This document shows positions 10,951 to 23,209 of a stretch of DNA of 64,000 bases, piece after piece. The notes under the pieces are model-generated. The model was not told where the DNA came from. It made no database searches and worked only from the letters and a program-made list of their open reading frames with translations. The DNA is taken from positions 33,728,001-33,792,000 of the forward strand of contig CM052832.1 in assembly GCA_028534125.1 (NCBI GenBank). The letters run 5' to 3'. Made by a program: the position numbers and the translations under genes. The first letter of the stretch is position 1. Each line of letters opens with the position of its first letter. This stretch comes from Lama glama (taxonomy: Eukaryota).

Positions 10951-13900
10951 TTCTGCAGCAGAGATGGGTTTGAAGTCACTGTACACAACAGAATGAAGCA
11001 GGTTTTAAAAAACGAAATTCTGTAAAAAAGTTGAAGGTGATTTGTGGAAAACCAGACACTTGGGGGGCGCGGCATGTACCACCGGCCGCTCCGCTTACCC
11101 AACGCCCGGCTTCCAGGTGTCTGACCAGCCCGCGCGGCCCGCAGTGCAGCGGGCTCTGGCAGTTCTGCTTGGAGTGATGCAGGCACAGCCAGAAGCTTCC
11201 CGGGCTCTGGGCTGGCGCGCGTGGCACAGATGCCTGGCCTTTAACGTCACGTCCCTGAGGCACGTGCAACTTCCCAGAGCTTCAGGCTGGGAGTCTTGGA
11301 ACCTTCTCTGGCTTTGCCAGCAGTTAGTTATAGGCCCTAAGATCTCTGAAGTGTGGTTTTCCAAACCACTGGTTCCTACGTCTCACTGAACGTGCAGAGG
11401 TGACGATCCCCACCCCTCGAGGTTCTGGGACGCGGGAAGTACGTGTACGGGGCGCCACCTCGGAGGCGCCGCTCCCTGAGGAGTCGGGCTGGCCGCTGCT
11501 CACCTGCGGCTTCATCGATGGGAGTCGGGAAGGGCAGAGCGTGGGCTCTGCGTAGTTCAGGAACGGACGGCCCCGCATGTGCTCTCAGATGTGACAGGCA
11601 GTCAAAAGTGGAACTAGGTTCGAACTCAACCACTTTCCTCACTTACCAGGTTTGAAAATAATACCCAAGTCGGTGGACTGTTGCACGAAATACCGGACGT
11701 AAAATGGGAGCAGTGAGCCAGTGCTTTCAGCTTGCTGCCTGCTTCGTTTTCACAAACTCAGTCACCAACCCGGCTGCTTGCTTTTCTGGCGAAGCAGGTG
11801 AGAGAGAAAGCAGAAACCAGAGCACGACCCCAGGAAATGCATGGCCGGTCGGGGCCCTTCCGAGCCCAGGTGGGCGCCGGAGGGGCACGTGGCTGGAGCG
11901 TCGGGAGCTGAGCGAACATTTGGCAGGGTTCTCAGGAAGAGCTTGGAGCACTGGTGGTCTGAGACTCATTCCAGAGCTAAAATATTTTGGTCTTTTTTCT
12001 GAATTGAGCCATTTTCTAGTACCATGGCCTGTGGGTGTGGCTTGAGGAAAACGTAAGCTAAGTTCCTAACTTTCAGCCTGGTGCCTGTGACACGCGCTTC
12101 TCTCTTCTCCAGCGGTACAGACTGTTAGCGTCTCAGCCCCTGACCCGCGAGCTCAGGGTGAGCTGTGAGTCACGCAGCCCCCGTCACGGGCAGCGGTCAA
12201 AGAGGTGCCGGGACAGCCTGACGACTGCGTCACTGTACAGCCCGCTCCAGAGTCCCTTCTGTATCAGGTCGTCCCCGCCGCTGCCGAGGAAGAAGAGCCT
12301 GACACGTCAGCGTGAGAAGTGATGCTTTAAACACTCACATCCAGCCGCATGTTAAAGTTATTAATCAAGAATGCATATGGGAAGCAGTAGGGATGTTTTG
12401 TATTTGTAAAAACGACGTTGAAAATAGTTTCCTTCTGAGATTTAGCGCCAAGAAGATGCTTCAGCTTTCTGAGGAGCCGACGCACATCGTCTTAACCAGA
12501 CAGTGGGAGAGGGTGGGATGGTGTCTGAGCTCATCATTCTCTTCTATTTCTGAAGCATTTTTGGTGTAAATAGGGTGTGAATTACAAGGTTTGGAATTCG
12601 TACTTCAGAAGAAAATGGGGTAGAAATTACAACTTTTCAAATATTCTGAAATCAAACAAAATAATAAAACGAGGTCACAGTGTGCTTTCTTTACAAGACA
12701 TGGTAGTGAGCATTTAAGGTTTTATGTCTAAGTTGCAGATGGACCAGAAAAGAGCCGAGTAACCAGACACACGGGAAGCGGGAATACTCCCATTGGCACA
12801 GCTGAGTTAACTGCTTGTCTGAGAACCCTCCTGTTACGTGAGCATTTTTTCCCCCGAAATGTAGCACTTTCTAATGTCATCAGCTTAACTGTGAAGACAG
12901 TGCAGATGGCTCTAAACTTCAAACCACGAGAAGAAGTGAAAAGTTTAGGCCCTTTTATGAGAAAACCAAGTAAATTTGAGAACATAGTGAGGGAACGGAG
13001 TGTAATCCCACATTCAAGAGAACGTGGACAGAAAGTGAGAAGTCGCAAGGGGATGTTAATTAACTTCAAGGGTAAGTTTCTCATGGAATTTTTTGTTCTA
13101 AATCACCAGGGAGGCAGTGTTTTCCAGAGGTGCACACGCTCAGACCCGTGAGAGAACGCCATTGCTTTTAATTAGGAGGACGCTTTTGGTGCGTTAGAAC
13201 GGTGTCATTTTGAGCTGCTGTTTCTTCAGTGAGCCGCGCACTCTGTGTTCCCCACAGAGAGAGCGAGAGGACACCTTGCGGGGGGGGGGGCTTCCTGGGC
13301 TAGGTGCACCCCCGGGGACGCTGAGCCCCTGCCGTGCACACCTTGAGACTCTGGACGACTCCACCCCATCACAACTTGCTCAAAATCAGCCTCAAAAATT
13401 TAAAAAGTTGCTCAAAATTTATTATTTTGTGTTATATTTTGAAGAGTACAAATACCAGTCTACATGAAACCTTCTTTTCCCTTCTGTCACTTCTTTTCTA
13501 CCTCTAGGAAAAGTCACAAGACGGGACATTACTTAACAGCGGGTTGGGGTGTCCCCTCAGGGAAACTTACACTGAAGTGTGCAGTTCAAAACTCGTCTAG
13601 GCTCGAGGGCAGAGAATTCGCGGTCTCCCCTGGGGCTGCCCTCCTGCCTGCTCCGAACGCTGTGATTGATAACTTCACGCACTTCGGGTTCATGTAAATT
13701 AATTTAAAGGTCGGGCTGATGTATTTTTGTGATGATTGATGTATTGGGGGAAGTTAAATACTTTGCTAACTTTTTGGTTACAGGATGGAAAGGGTGGTAG
13801 AAAATGATTGGTGGGCAGACACAGCAAAACGATGTTGAAAAGTGTGTTTTCAGTTAAGATAGGGAAAATACATAAGTAAAACAGAATAAAAACATATGTC

Positions 13901-14149
13901 AAAATTCACTTTCAGGTTTACCTATTAATAAATAGAAGTCGGTTTTGAGGCAGCTGTTAAGACTGCGTTGCTATGAACAGAGATCAGGACCAGTTCTCCT
14001 CCTTCACCCCGAAGCCAGGGGCTCGGGTGATTTCTGTCTGTCTGTCCGTCCGTGCAGCCGGGTGGAGGTGGCGGGCGCAGCAGAGCTGTTCTCACTGCAG
14101 CTGGTTGTGCTTTTCTGGAGCTCAGGAGATTGTTGAACTAGAGGCGTGG

Positions 14150-14410
14150 GTTTAGGGGTGATTAGCGTGTAAGGGGAACTGAATGTGAAGAAGTCAGTCT
14201 GGCAGAGAGAGCTCTATGGGGAGGAGGTGGTCTTTGGGAAGACCAGGAGGTAAGGGTGTCCTGGGTGGGAAGGGCCTGGCTAAGGGTGATGAGAGAAGTC
14301 GGAGGAGAGTTAGGAGTTGATGGTGTCCAGAAACCACAGGAAGGGTGCATTTTAAGAAGCATGGAACAGTCTCATGTAGTGACAGCGTCAGAATTCTGCC
14401 GGCCGGAGCG
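14150..14410 (-). mobile_element. Probable L2 LINE fragment
   Basis: Purine-rich tract. gatggtgtccagaaaccacaggaagggtgcattttaagaagc...gtcagaattctgcc resembles antisense L2 ORF2. Confidence 0.4.
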
Positions 14411-17400
14411 GATCCAGCTGTCTGGAAGCCTTTCGTTGGAAGCGTGTGCCAACAGGCGTATCTCTGGTTTTCTCCGTGAGATTGGACACACTGGGTTTGG
14501 GGCTGGAGAAGACGAATGGTTGGGTTTTAGTCGGATTAATGGAAGATCAGGAGGTGAGGGCTTGGTCCTGGTAGGATGAGTAAGGAAAACACAGGCTTTC
14601 CCCACCCAGTCTTAGCGCAATTTCTCATAGACGGTAAGCCAGCAGAAACGACCACTGTGAACCTTGGTTTCGCATGTTCAGGGGCCAGTTGATTTAGGCT
14701 GTAAACTCCCGTGTCTGTCCACGCCATGCCACACGAATTGTCTCTCCTCTTTCCTTCTGAGCTGAAATCATGGAGGAGCAGTCATTCTCGGTGGGGTGAG
14801 CAGCGCCGTGGGCTGGCCGGCTGACTTCCTTGCCCCTCGCTCGGCCTGTGCGGTTGGCTCCCAGAATGCTGGTGATACTCACCATCGTGCACAGGGCCCT
14901 GTGTTTTGAGGTAATTTAAAACCTTATTAATCCAGGCCCCACTGAGTCAGGATTTGAGCAATTCCAGACACAGGCTTATTAAAACTCACCGTAACAGTCT
15001 CTGAAAAAAAGTTCCACTGAGCAAACTAATAGTGCAAACAAGACTTTAGCAAGAATGTTCAAAGTACTTAAAACAGGGCTTTGTTTATAAGCACCCGTAA
15101 GTACTTCTTAAGTACGTTAGAAGCTCTCACTGACTTATAAACTATCCACGCACTCATTGCAGATCACCCTTATCTCATTATTGAATCTGTGGATTGATAC
15201 TTGGCAAGATTTTATTAGTCTAATTCCAGTTGCTGTGTGTTGTAGACAGTTTTCAGCAGCTGATGTCAAACATTAGCGCAAATAATTTTCTAAAGAGCGG
15301 TGGTAAATCCAAACACCAAAAACCCATCGAGAGCGCGCTTAAAATTCAAATCCGTCTTTGTACTCCTGGCTGTTCTGTCCCACGGTCCTGACTGCCATTA
15401 GCCCTGCACTCTGCACGCGCAGTTTTCAGAACTGTCAGTGATTCCTTCCTGACTGACGGTCCCAGAAGCCCAGAACTCGGTATCAGCCACGAGGCCGGTG
15501 GTGTTTCAGGAAGCGTCCGTCAGTGAGAGTATCGGACCCGCCACAGAGGGTGGTGGAGTCTCTGCGTCAAGTCCTCTGCGTCCGGAGCCCAGGGGCTGTC
15601 CGGGTTCCCCAGTGTAAAGATTATCTTCTATCACTTGGAAGGACTTGTGATGAGAACGACTTTAATTTTTTGAATTAGCTAACATTATAGTAAATTGCTA
15701 AGTGATTGTAAAATTCAAAAAATGACAAAATTCTGCTGTCAGGCTTCGAGCTGCGTTGCGGTTGCCGCGGCGGCCATCGTGGGGAAGGGAGAAGGAACGG
15801 TGGCTCCCTGACGGGCCCGCCCTGCTGGCGCGCACTGAGCCCCACGACCAGAAAAGGTGCTTTGGAAAACTGGCTGCTGGAAACCTCGTCTGCCCTTGTG
15901 GGGGGTCAGCGTGGGTGACTGGCAGATAGTCCCTAAGCTGTGGGTCCCAGAGGTTGCCCTGTGGGGTGCCCTTTCAGCAACATTCTCTAAAAAGGGTTAA
16001 TACGTAATTTAAAATGGAGAGATACGCTCCCAGATGCGTTTTATTTCAGCGCCCACTGAGCCACTGAGTGCTTTGTACTCTTGAAGAGAAGGGCCTCTGG
16101 TGGCAAGCTGAATTGCAGCCGTGGAAGATCTAGTTACGTGGTGTGCAGCACAGGGCATTACGCGAGTATATCATCGGGTCTCAGTGTAACATGTGGCGCA
16201 GATGTCGAAAATGTCAAAATACAAATGCCTACAACCGCTCTCGACCAGAAATCTACGGCAAAATAACCTTCCTGGGCAAACGCAGCGTTGGAAAGGGGTC
16301 AGAATACACAGGCTTTGGTGCAGTTGTAGCTTAGAATGATGGCCGTGGCCCTGACCTGGGGCAGTGCTTTCCCTTCCCCTCGAGAGGCATCGGGTCAGCC
16401 CTGAGAGGACTTGATCCCTCCCTGGTCCCCGGCGGGCCTCAGTGCGGCCGCCGCGCCGCAGGGGGACCCCTCCGAGGCGGGGAGTGCGCGGCGCGGCCGC
16501 TCCGGTCGGGGAGGACGCCTGCCCCGTGTGGCGCCTCGCTGCCAGCGGCCTGTCCGACTCCGGGGAGGGCCCTTGGGATTTGCTGCTGTTGCCACTCGGA
16601 AGTGTTGCTTCCCCTTGTGTCACAGATCCTCGTGGGGTTGGGTCGGGTATGATGACCAGGGCTCTCTGCACGGACGGCTTAGTGAGCAGAGTGCTTGCTG
16701 GGCGTTCAGTTTGGCAGTGCTTAGACTCCTTGGAATTGTAAGTAAATTATTTTATTTATGGTTTCTCAATTTGCAGAATTGCAATAATATGCGTCCTCTC
16801 CTTACCTCAAAGGGGTTTAAGGGAGATAATATCTAAAACCTCCGTGGGCTCCTGCGGCCGCCGCAGAGACAAACGATACCGCCCTCTGTCAGCGGCAGTA
16901 CCAGCCTGGCTCACCCCGCGTACGGACTGACTGCGGCTCGGCAGTGAATCTTTCCCCGTGTGGCCCCCAATTGTCATCCTGACGCCCCTTCGCAGGGACG
17001 TTAGCTCAGAAAGCGTTCACTTAATCATCAAGCTGTTGTAGAAGGCGGCCTTGTGTTGGCCGGGAGTCTGCATAGTCAGACAGGCCCTGTGCATTGGAGG
17101 TACTCTTAATTTTTCCATGACTTTTGTTAGTTGGAACGCAGGTTCACAGACGCTCCACCTTTTCAAAACAACCTGCATACCGAGAGCTTCTCCACAGCCG
17201 GGTAAGACTGATAGACGTCTTTTCTGGCGTTATTTCAAAATGCCACTAAAAGCCATTGACTCATGCACTTTAAATGGGGGAGCTGTGAATTAAATCTCCA
17301 GTTGCGAACATGTGATTGCAGTTTGATAAAGCCGCTGCTTTTAAAAAGTAGGGCTGAGCAACTGTGTGACTCCCCAGCACAGAACGGTCACCACGTGGAA

Positions 17401-18739
17401 AGGCGACGTCGTCTGACAAGCCCTCTGGGCCCCGCCTCACCCGCCCCCGCCTGCGGTCCGCCCTCCTCCCTTGTCCACAGAGCCTGCCCCGCCCTGTTGC
17501 GGCGGATTCAGGGAAGCCTCGGTGCTTCTGAGCCCTCCACGTGTGCGCTCTTCCCAGATATTTGGTGGCCCGCCGTCTCGCTCCCGTGAGGTCTCTGTTG
17601 GGATGGCACCTCTCAGCAGGCAGAGACGCTGCGTGTCACCCGTCACTGGGAGGGACCCAAACCTGACTCCCAGGCTCTTTAAAGCCTCTGGAGCCCCTCG
17701 GCCCACCCCATGGTGCCTGAGCTCCCTGCCTGCCAGATGCCACCCCGTCCTGCTGGTGGCCCCGCCATGACCACCTGCCCTCGGCTGTCCCTTCACTTTC
17801 TAACACGAAACCTGTTCAGAGCTAACCCACTCTCCTGCCTCCGTTTCTCCCTCCCCAACTTCACTTATTTATTCTTCTAAGACTTAGTTGAAATCCTCCA
17901 AATAAACTTGTATTGTCTAATTCTGCTTGAATTTCTGATTATTTTCATTGTAAACACTTGTAAGCTAATGTGTTTTGTGTCCACAACATTTTGTCTTTTT
18001 TATACCCTGCTTTTAAAACTGTATAAAATACCTTTTTTCCAGTTTATGCTCTTTTCTGGAATTAGATGTACAGTTGATGTTAGTGTTTCTGCTTTCTACT
18101 TTGTTAGCATTTGTTTTCCCCTTGTTTCCAGTCTTTCTGCTTCGTATTTTGGGCATTTGTCTTGATACTTAATTAAAAATTTAAAGGACTCAAAGGACTT
18201 TGGAGTCTTAGAGGAGTTCAAGGCACTCACATTTGTTTGACTACTGACCTGTTTGTCCCAAAGCCTGCCATCGTGGTTTACGTTTTTGGAGACTTGTGCT
18301 TTCTCCTTCTTTCCTTGTTTCTGACGGCTCTCACTCACCTCCTCTTCTCGGAGCTGTGGCCCGCCCCCAGCTGTGGGAGCTCTGCATTCCAGCTCCGCTT
18401 TGCTCCTTGTTTCTCATAAGAATACTTGAAACTATGAATTCCAGGAATTTAATAGTATCCGCGTCTCACTGCGTCCTTGCCAAGGATAAAAGGAAATTTC
18501 GTGCATGCTTTTTGCTTATCTGCTCTTTCCCACTTGAATCCTAGGTTTTTAGAAATCATCTATATTTTAAATACTAGATCAGATTTTTTTTACATTGTAC
18601 CTTTTAAGTTTTAATATCTTTCCGAACAACTGCAGCCAATTCCACAGCCGCATTATCAAACGTGGTTTGGGCTAATTATGATTTTCATGGTCTTCATTGC
18701 TTGCTGCTCGCTGCTTGAATCATTCGTTGGGTTTTTTTC

Positions 18740-19280
18740 CTTCTGAAATGCGGCCACAAGTACTCTTGCTGGAGAAGAGTGCATTGGTGGGTGCTTTCTG
18801 AGGACTTTCACTTTTGAGCATGGTTTCATCTTCACGTTTAATGTTACATTGTGTTTCAGCTCTGGTCACAGTCCTTTCCCTCAGATTGTACGCTTCTTGC
18901 TCCGCCGTCTTTAGCGTTTAGACACTGTTTACAGAGCCTCTTCCCCGTCCCTCCCCAGCTGCCCGGGGCTCCCGGCGACCCCTCCTCGTTTGGCACTTGG
19001 AAATGCCCACGTCCGGGCGGCCTGGGCTCTGCTCCCCAGGGACGATTTCCCTGTGGCTGGAGGCCCCTCTGTCCTCGTGGGGTCCAGAGCCGTGGCCCCG
19101 GCTGTAACAGGTGTGCTTCTTGTTTGTCTCTCGTCAGTTTCCTGCACATCCTGGGGGATTAGAGTTGGTTGCAGGCCAAGACTTTGGTTTTCTTCCGTGT
19201 TTCGCTTGATTACCTGAAGTCTCCAGCGAGCATCCTGGCTGAGCAGTGGTGTTTTCATTTCCTCCAGCTCTTCCTTGGTC
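18740..19280 (-). mobile_element. Ancient L1ME/HAL1-type ORF1-region fragment
   Basis: gagaagagtgcattggtgggtgctttctgaggactttcacttttgagcatggtttcatcttc...cctttccctcagattg...ttgctcc resembles the recalled antisense HAL1/L1ME consensus. Confidence 0.5.
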
Positions 19281-22200
19281 CTTCGTCGTTCCCAGTTTTT
19301 TCACAGTACCCCGTCCTGGTGCTGAGCTGACGCCCTGAGGGAGGGCCTTTTCCCTGAATCACTCGGTTTGCCCCCTCCTGGTTCTGCGCACTGACCCTCC
19401 GGTGCGGCCTGTGATTCTTCACTGCCGGGTCGTTTGCACGGAAGGTGTGAACTGATCAGGGTTGGTGGGGGACCCCGCCCTCAGTGGGTTGGGAGTCTCT
19501 GCTCTCCCCTGGGGCCTCTGCCCACCAAATGGTCAATGGGGATAAACTCCACAGGGGTCCACAGGCCAAAAGGGGGCTTCCCCTCCAGGTGTGACGCCTG
19601 GGAACGGGCGAGGCCGCAGCCCCTTCTAGGAAGCCCCCAGGATGTTGAATGGGACATCTTCTGTTTCTGCAGGACGGGTGATCTGTGCCCACAGCAGAGC
19701 GCCTCGAGGGGCGAGGTCTAGATTGATAAGGTCAGCAGCTGCGCCCCCCCCCCTTCCTGGGACTCAGAACTCACACTTTCTCTCTCCCTCCACAACCACC
19801 TCTCCCCGCCATCAGAGCAGACTGTGTAGGAAGTGGGGAGTCATCAGGCAGGGGCCTCGGCCTCCTGGGGCTGCCATGGCCCTTCCCTCCTCTCACCAAG
19901 CTCAGAGGGGCGGGTGTCACAGGAACTGCCTGGGAAATTGGTGCTGCTCCAGGAAAGACTGCATCTCAGTTCTGGGTTGGAAATCTGTGTAGGTGATGAG
20001 GCTGGAGCTCTTGGTTGTCCCCCGTTCTCAGTTCTCCCCTTCTCAGTGATAGAATTCTGAATGTTTACTGAGTACATGTTCTTCTGTAATAATTATATTT
20101 CCAGCTCCCATTATAGCTAGGTGTGGGTGTGTGCGTGTGCGTGTGCGTGTTCACGTGTGCACACGTGTGTAACGAGGAAGGGAGGAATTATCTTTGTGGG
20201 AGGGTGATGTCATGGCAGGAACCATGGCAGCCACTTTGCAGCAAGGGTTGGGAACCATATTATGTGGGTAGTGGAGCAGGACCCTTAATAGTTGTGGGGC
20301 TGCCAGACTAGCCTTGTCTCTAGCCTTTTGTAAGTGAAAGGGGAGCTTTCTTCTTGTATGAGCGTCTCTTTTCTATCACTTTCGTATGAGCCCAGTCCCA
20401 GCTACTGGAGGCAGCCTCCCCGAGCAGAGTGGGAGAGAACTGGAGAGAAGTGGCAGGGCAGACAGGAAGGATAGCAGTGGAGGAGCCACCCTCTGGTCAG
20501 GAAGGCTGGCTGCCCAGCAGGGACACCCGGCACGGACAGACTGGGGTGTCCAGCTGAGGCAGCTGTCGGGGTGGGGAGTGGACCAGGAGAGGCGGGCTCA
20601 GAGCCAGACTCCCTGCTCGGGGAACTGTGCGGTGGTCCAGCGGCCCCAGGCCCCAGGCCCCTTGAAGGATTCACTTCAGCAAGTTACGCTGGAATCGTCG
20701 TGTGTCCACGTGCCACCCAGCAACCCAGCTGGTTGTTGGGTGGAGAGGCGGGAACTGTAACCCCGAGCAGTGAAGCAGGCCTGGGAAGGGGGAGTGTCCC
20801 TACAGCAGGTTGGGCCCTGCCCTGCAGTCAGAGGTGCTGGGTTGGAGGGAGGATCAGAGCAGAGCGCGTCTTGCCCACCCGTGCCTGGTGCTGCCGCCGG
20901 CCTGCCTCGGGGAGCGGCGGTGTCCGGAGGGCCCAGGAGGGTCCGGGACCTGCCTGCGGGGCTGCGAGTCCGTGGCCAGAGGTGGGATACTGGGAGGCGC
21001 CCGGTGGGGCGGCGGGGGAGGAGCTGCATCTCATGTTGGTTTCCGCAGGTGCACGGTCTCCATGGACCTGGGCCCCGTGGGAACGCTGCTGGGGGGAGTT
21101 GCTTCTCTTTCCCTGTCCTCCCTGAGACGCAGTAGTGGAACGTGTCGGCCACCCTCCGTGTCTGGAGGCTCCGACAGAGCCCCGAGCCTGTGGCTTTGTT
21201 CTGCCTTCACTCCCTCTCCTCACCCCGGGGCAGGGTCTGGGGGGCATGCGGGTCACAGCTGCCTCGTCCAGCAGGGAGTGTCCCCAGGGCAGGGGAGCTG
21301 GGTGCAGGGGCTCCCACATCCACTCTGCACCGATGGGCCTCGTCTCCATCGTCAGCGGTCTGTGGCCCCACATCTCAGAGCAGTTGTCCCTGCCAGGGGA
21401 GCCGGGGCATCACGGCCCTGGCCACCGGACTTCTGTGGCTCCTGTGGCCCATTTCTCCCTGGCCGTGTTGACAGCCAGGTGGCTGCTTTGGGCCTGCAAG
21501 CTCCTCCAGGACTGTGGGGTGACTGCCTGCCTGTGAGGTTTCACCCTCTGCGTGTGTCCCGTTCCTGGTAACTCGGCCCTGTCTGCTTTCCCCCATCAAT
21601 CTGAGCACACACGAGTGAATGGAACGTGTTACCTGCTGTGCTGTGTCAGTAAGCAGAGGATTCTGCAGCCATCGAGCCGTTGCCTGTGGCCGCCAGGATG
21701 CTGGGCCCCGAGGGCCTCAGGTGGGAAGCACAGGACACTGGCCCTGGAGAGCCACAGTGCGCATCCCAGGAATGAAGTCAGTGAGCCCCAACTCCTGCAT
21801 CCTCCGTGCAGGGGACGGCGCACGGTTCCTTAACTTGAGCCACCTGGTCTTTAGCGAGCAGGACTCTCCTGATGTGCCGACTACCTGGTCGTGTTCCAGG
21901 ACCTCCTCCCTCTCCTGGCTCCTCCCCTGCCTCGTCGGAGCGGCCCTTCCAGCCTGTGGGGGCGCCTCCGGGCTTCAGGGCTCAGAAGGGCCCCCAGCAA
22001 AACATAACTGACTTCTAGGTTGTGCTTTTCCTCCGTTGGCACATGCTTCGTGTTCAAGCGTTCTTTCATTTTCTTTTGTTAGGTGAGCCCTGCTTTGTGT
22101 TTCAGACTGCTTGCTGTTTGTCCTAATTTTATGTCGCTGTGCTGATTTCAGAATGATTTCTTCTTTAAAGGGGAAGTACTCTGTGCCTCCGAGTGCCTGG

Positions 22201-22948
22201 TTTCCCCGGGCCCTTCCGCCTTCTGTCATGGCTCATCAGAAGTGCCACGACTGCTCGAGGCCCAGGCCCCTCGGGACGTGTTTACTGCCCCCACCCGGGC
22301 GTGTCGTCTCGCTTCCGGAGCTCTGACTGGGCCCTGAAGGGGTCTCAGCCTTGCTGTGTGTGTGTGTGGCCCTGGCTCCCTGCAGGCCTGTCACGGCGGA
22401 GACTGTTCCCAGAGCCTGCGCCGTGCCGGCTGGTGGTGTCCCCGTGCTTGCTGGGGCTCACTTACGGTGTGCCTTCTGACGCTCGGTGGAAGTCACACGC
22501 CGCAGGGTGCGGACTGTCGCCTGTCACTTCCCTCCCGGGGAGACGGAATCATTAAGACTCGCTCTCAGGAGGCGCAGCTGAGGCTTCTTCGGTCCTCTCC
22601 TCTCACACGTCCGCTTCATGGCAAGATCGTCCCATTTGTTTTGGTTGGAAGTCTGTGAGTGTGTTGTGTTCAGGGAGAGTAATTCAACTGTTTTTAGTGT
22701 AAAAAGAACAAGAAAATAAAGTAATGTGGGTTTTTATGTCTTGGGAGCCAAAGAATATGAGTACAAATTGAATGAACAAGAAACTTATTCAGATTCTAAC
22801 TGTAATGTGTGCTTACAAAGCCCGTCTTTAAATTCCTTCCTCGTAAGTTCCCTGTGCGTCCCGACAGCAGTTTCCATCGGGGGGCCTGTCAGAGGTCCGT
22901 CTCCACCTGCTTCCCAAGCCAGGAACTTAGGTCCAATGACTTGTATCA

Positions 22949-23209
22949 GGAGGGTGTGGAGGTGAGGGGTCAGGGGTGGACAGGAGGGTGTGGAGGTGGG
23001 GGGGTCGGGGTGGACGGGGGGTGTGGAGGTCGGGGGTCGGGGTGGATGGGGGTGTGAAGGTGGAGGGGTCAGAGGTGGACGGGAGGGTGTGGAGGTGGGG
23101 GGGTCGGGGTGGACGGGGGTGTGTGGAGGTGGGGGGATCAGAGGTGGACGGGGGGGTGTGGGGGTGGGGGGGTCAGAGGTGGACGGGGGGGTGTGGACGT
23201 GGTGGGGGG
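22949..23209. repeat. G-rich minisatellite, 7 full units plus 1 partial unit of 32-35 bp
   Basis: Consensus about gggagggtgtggaggtgggggggtc(a/g)g(a/g)ggtggac. Units end at about 22981, 23015, 23047, 23080, 23114, 23149 and 23184. Confidence 0.95.

Noticed and set aside
12728-13151. Natural-looking overlapping ORFs (86 aa +, 118 aa -) in an A-rich segment
   Set aside because: No recognisable family, start context or exon structure. It may be a conserved noncoding element or an old repeat, but I cannot support either.
20810-21571. 253-aa ORF cluster
   Set aside because: Open in most frames on both strands, which is typical of high-GC noncoding DNA; no homology recognised.
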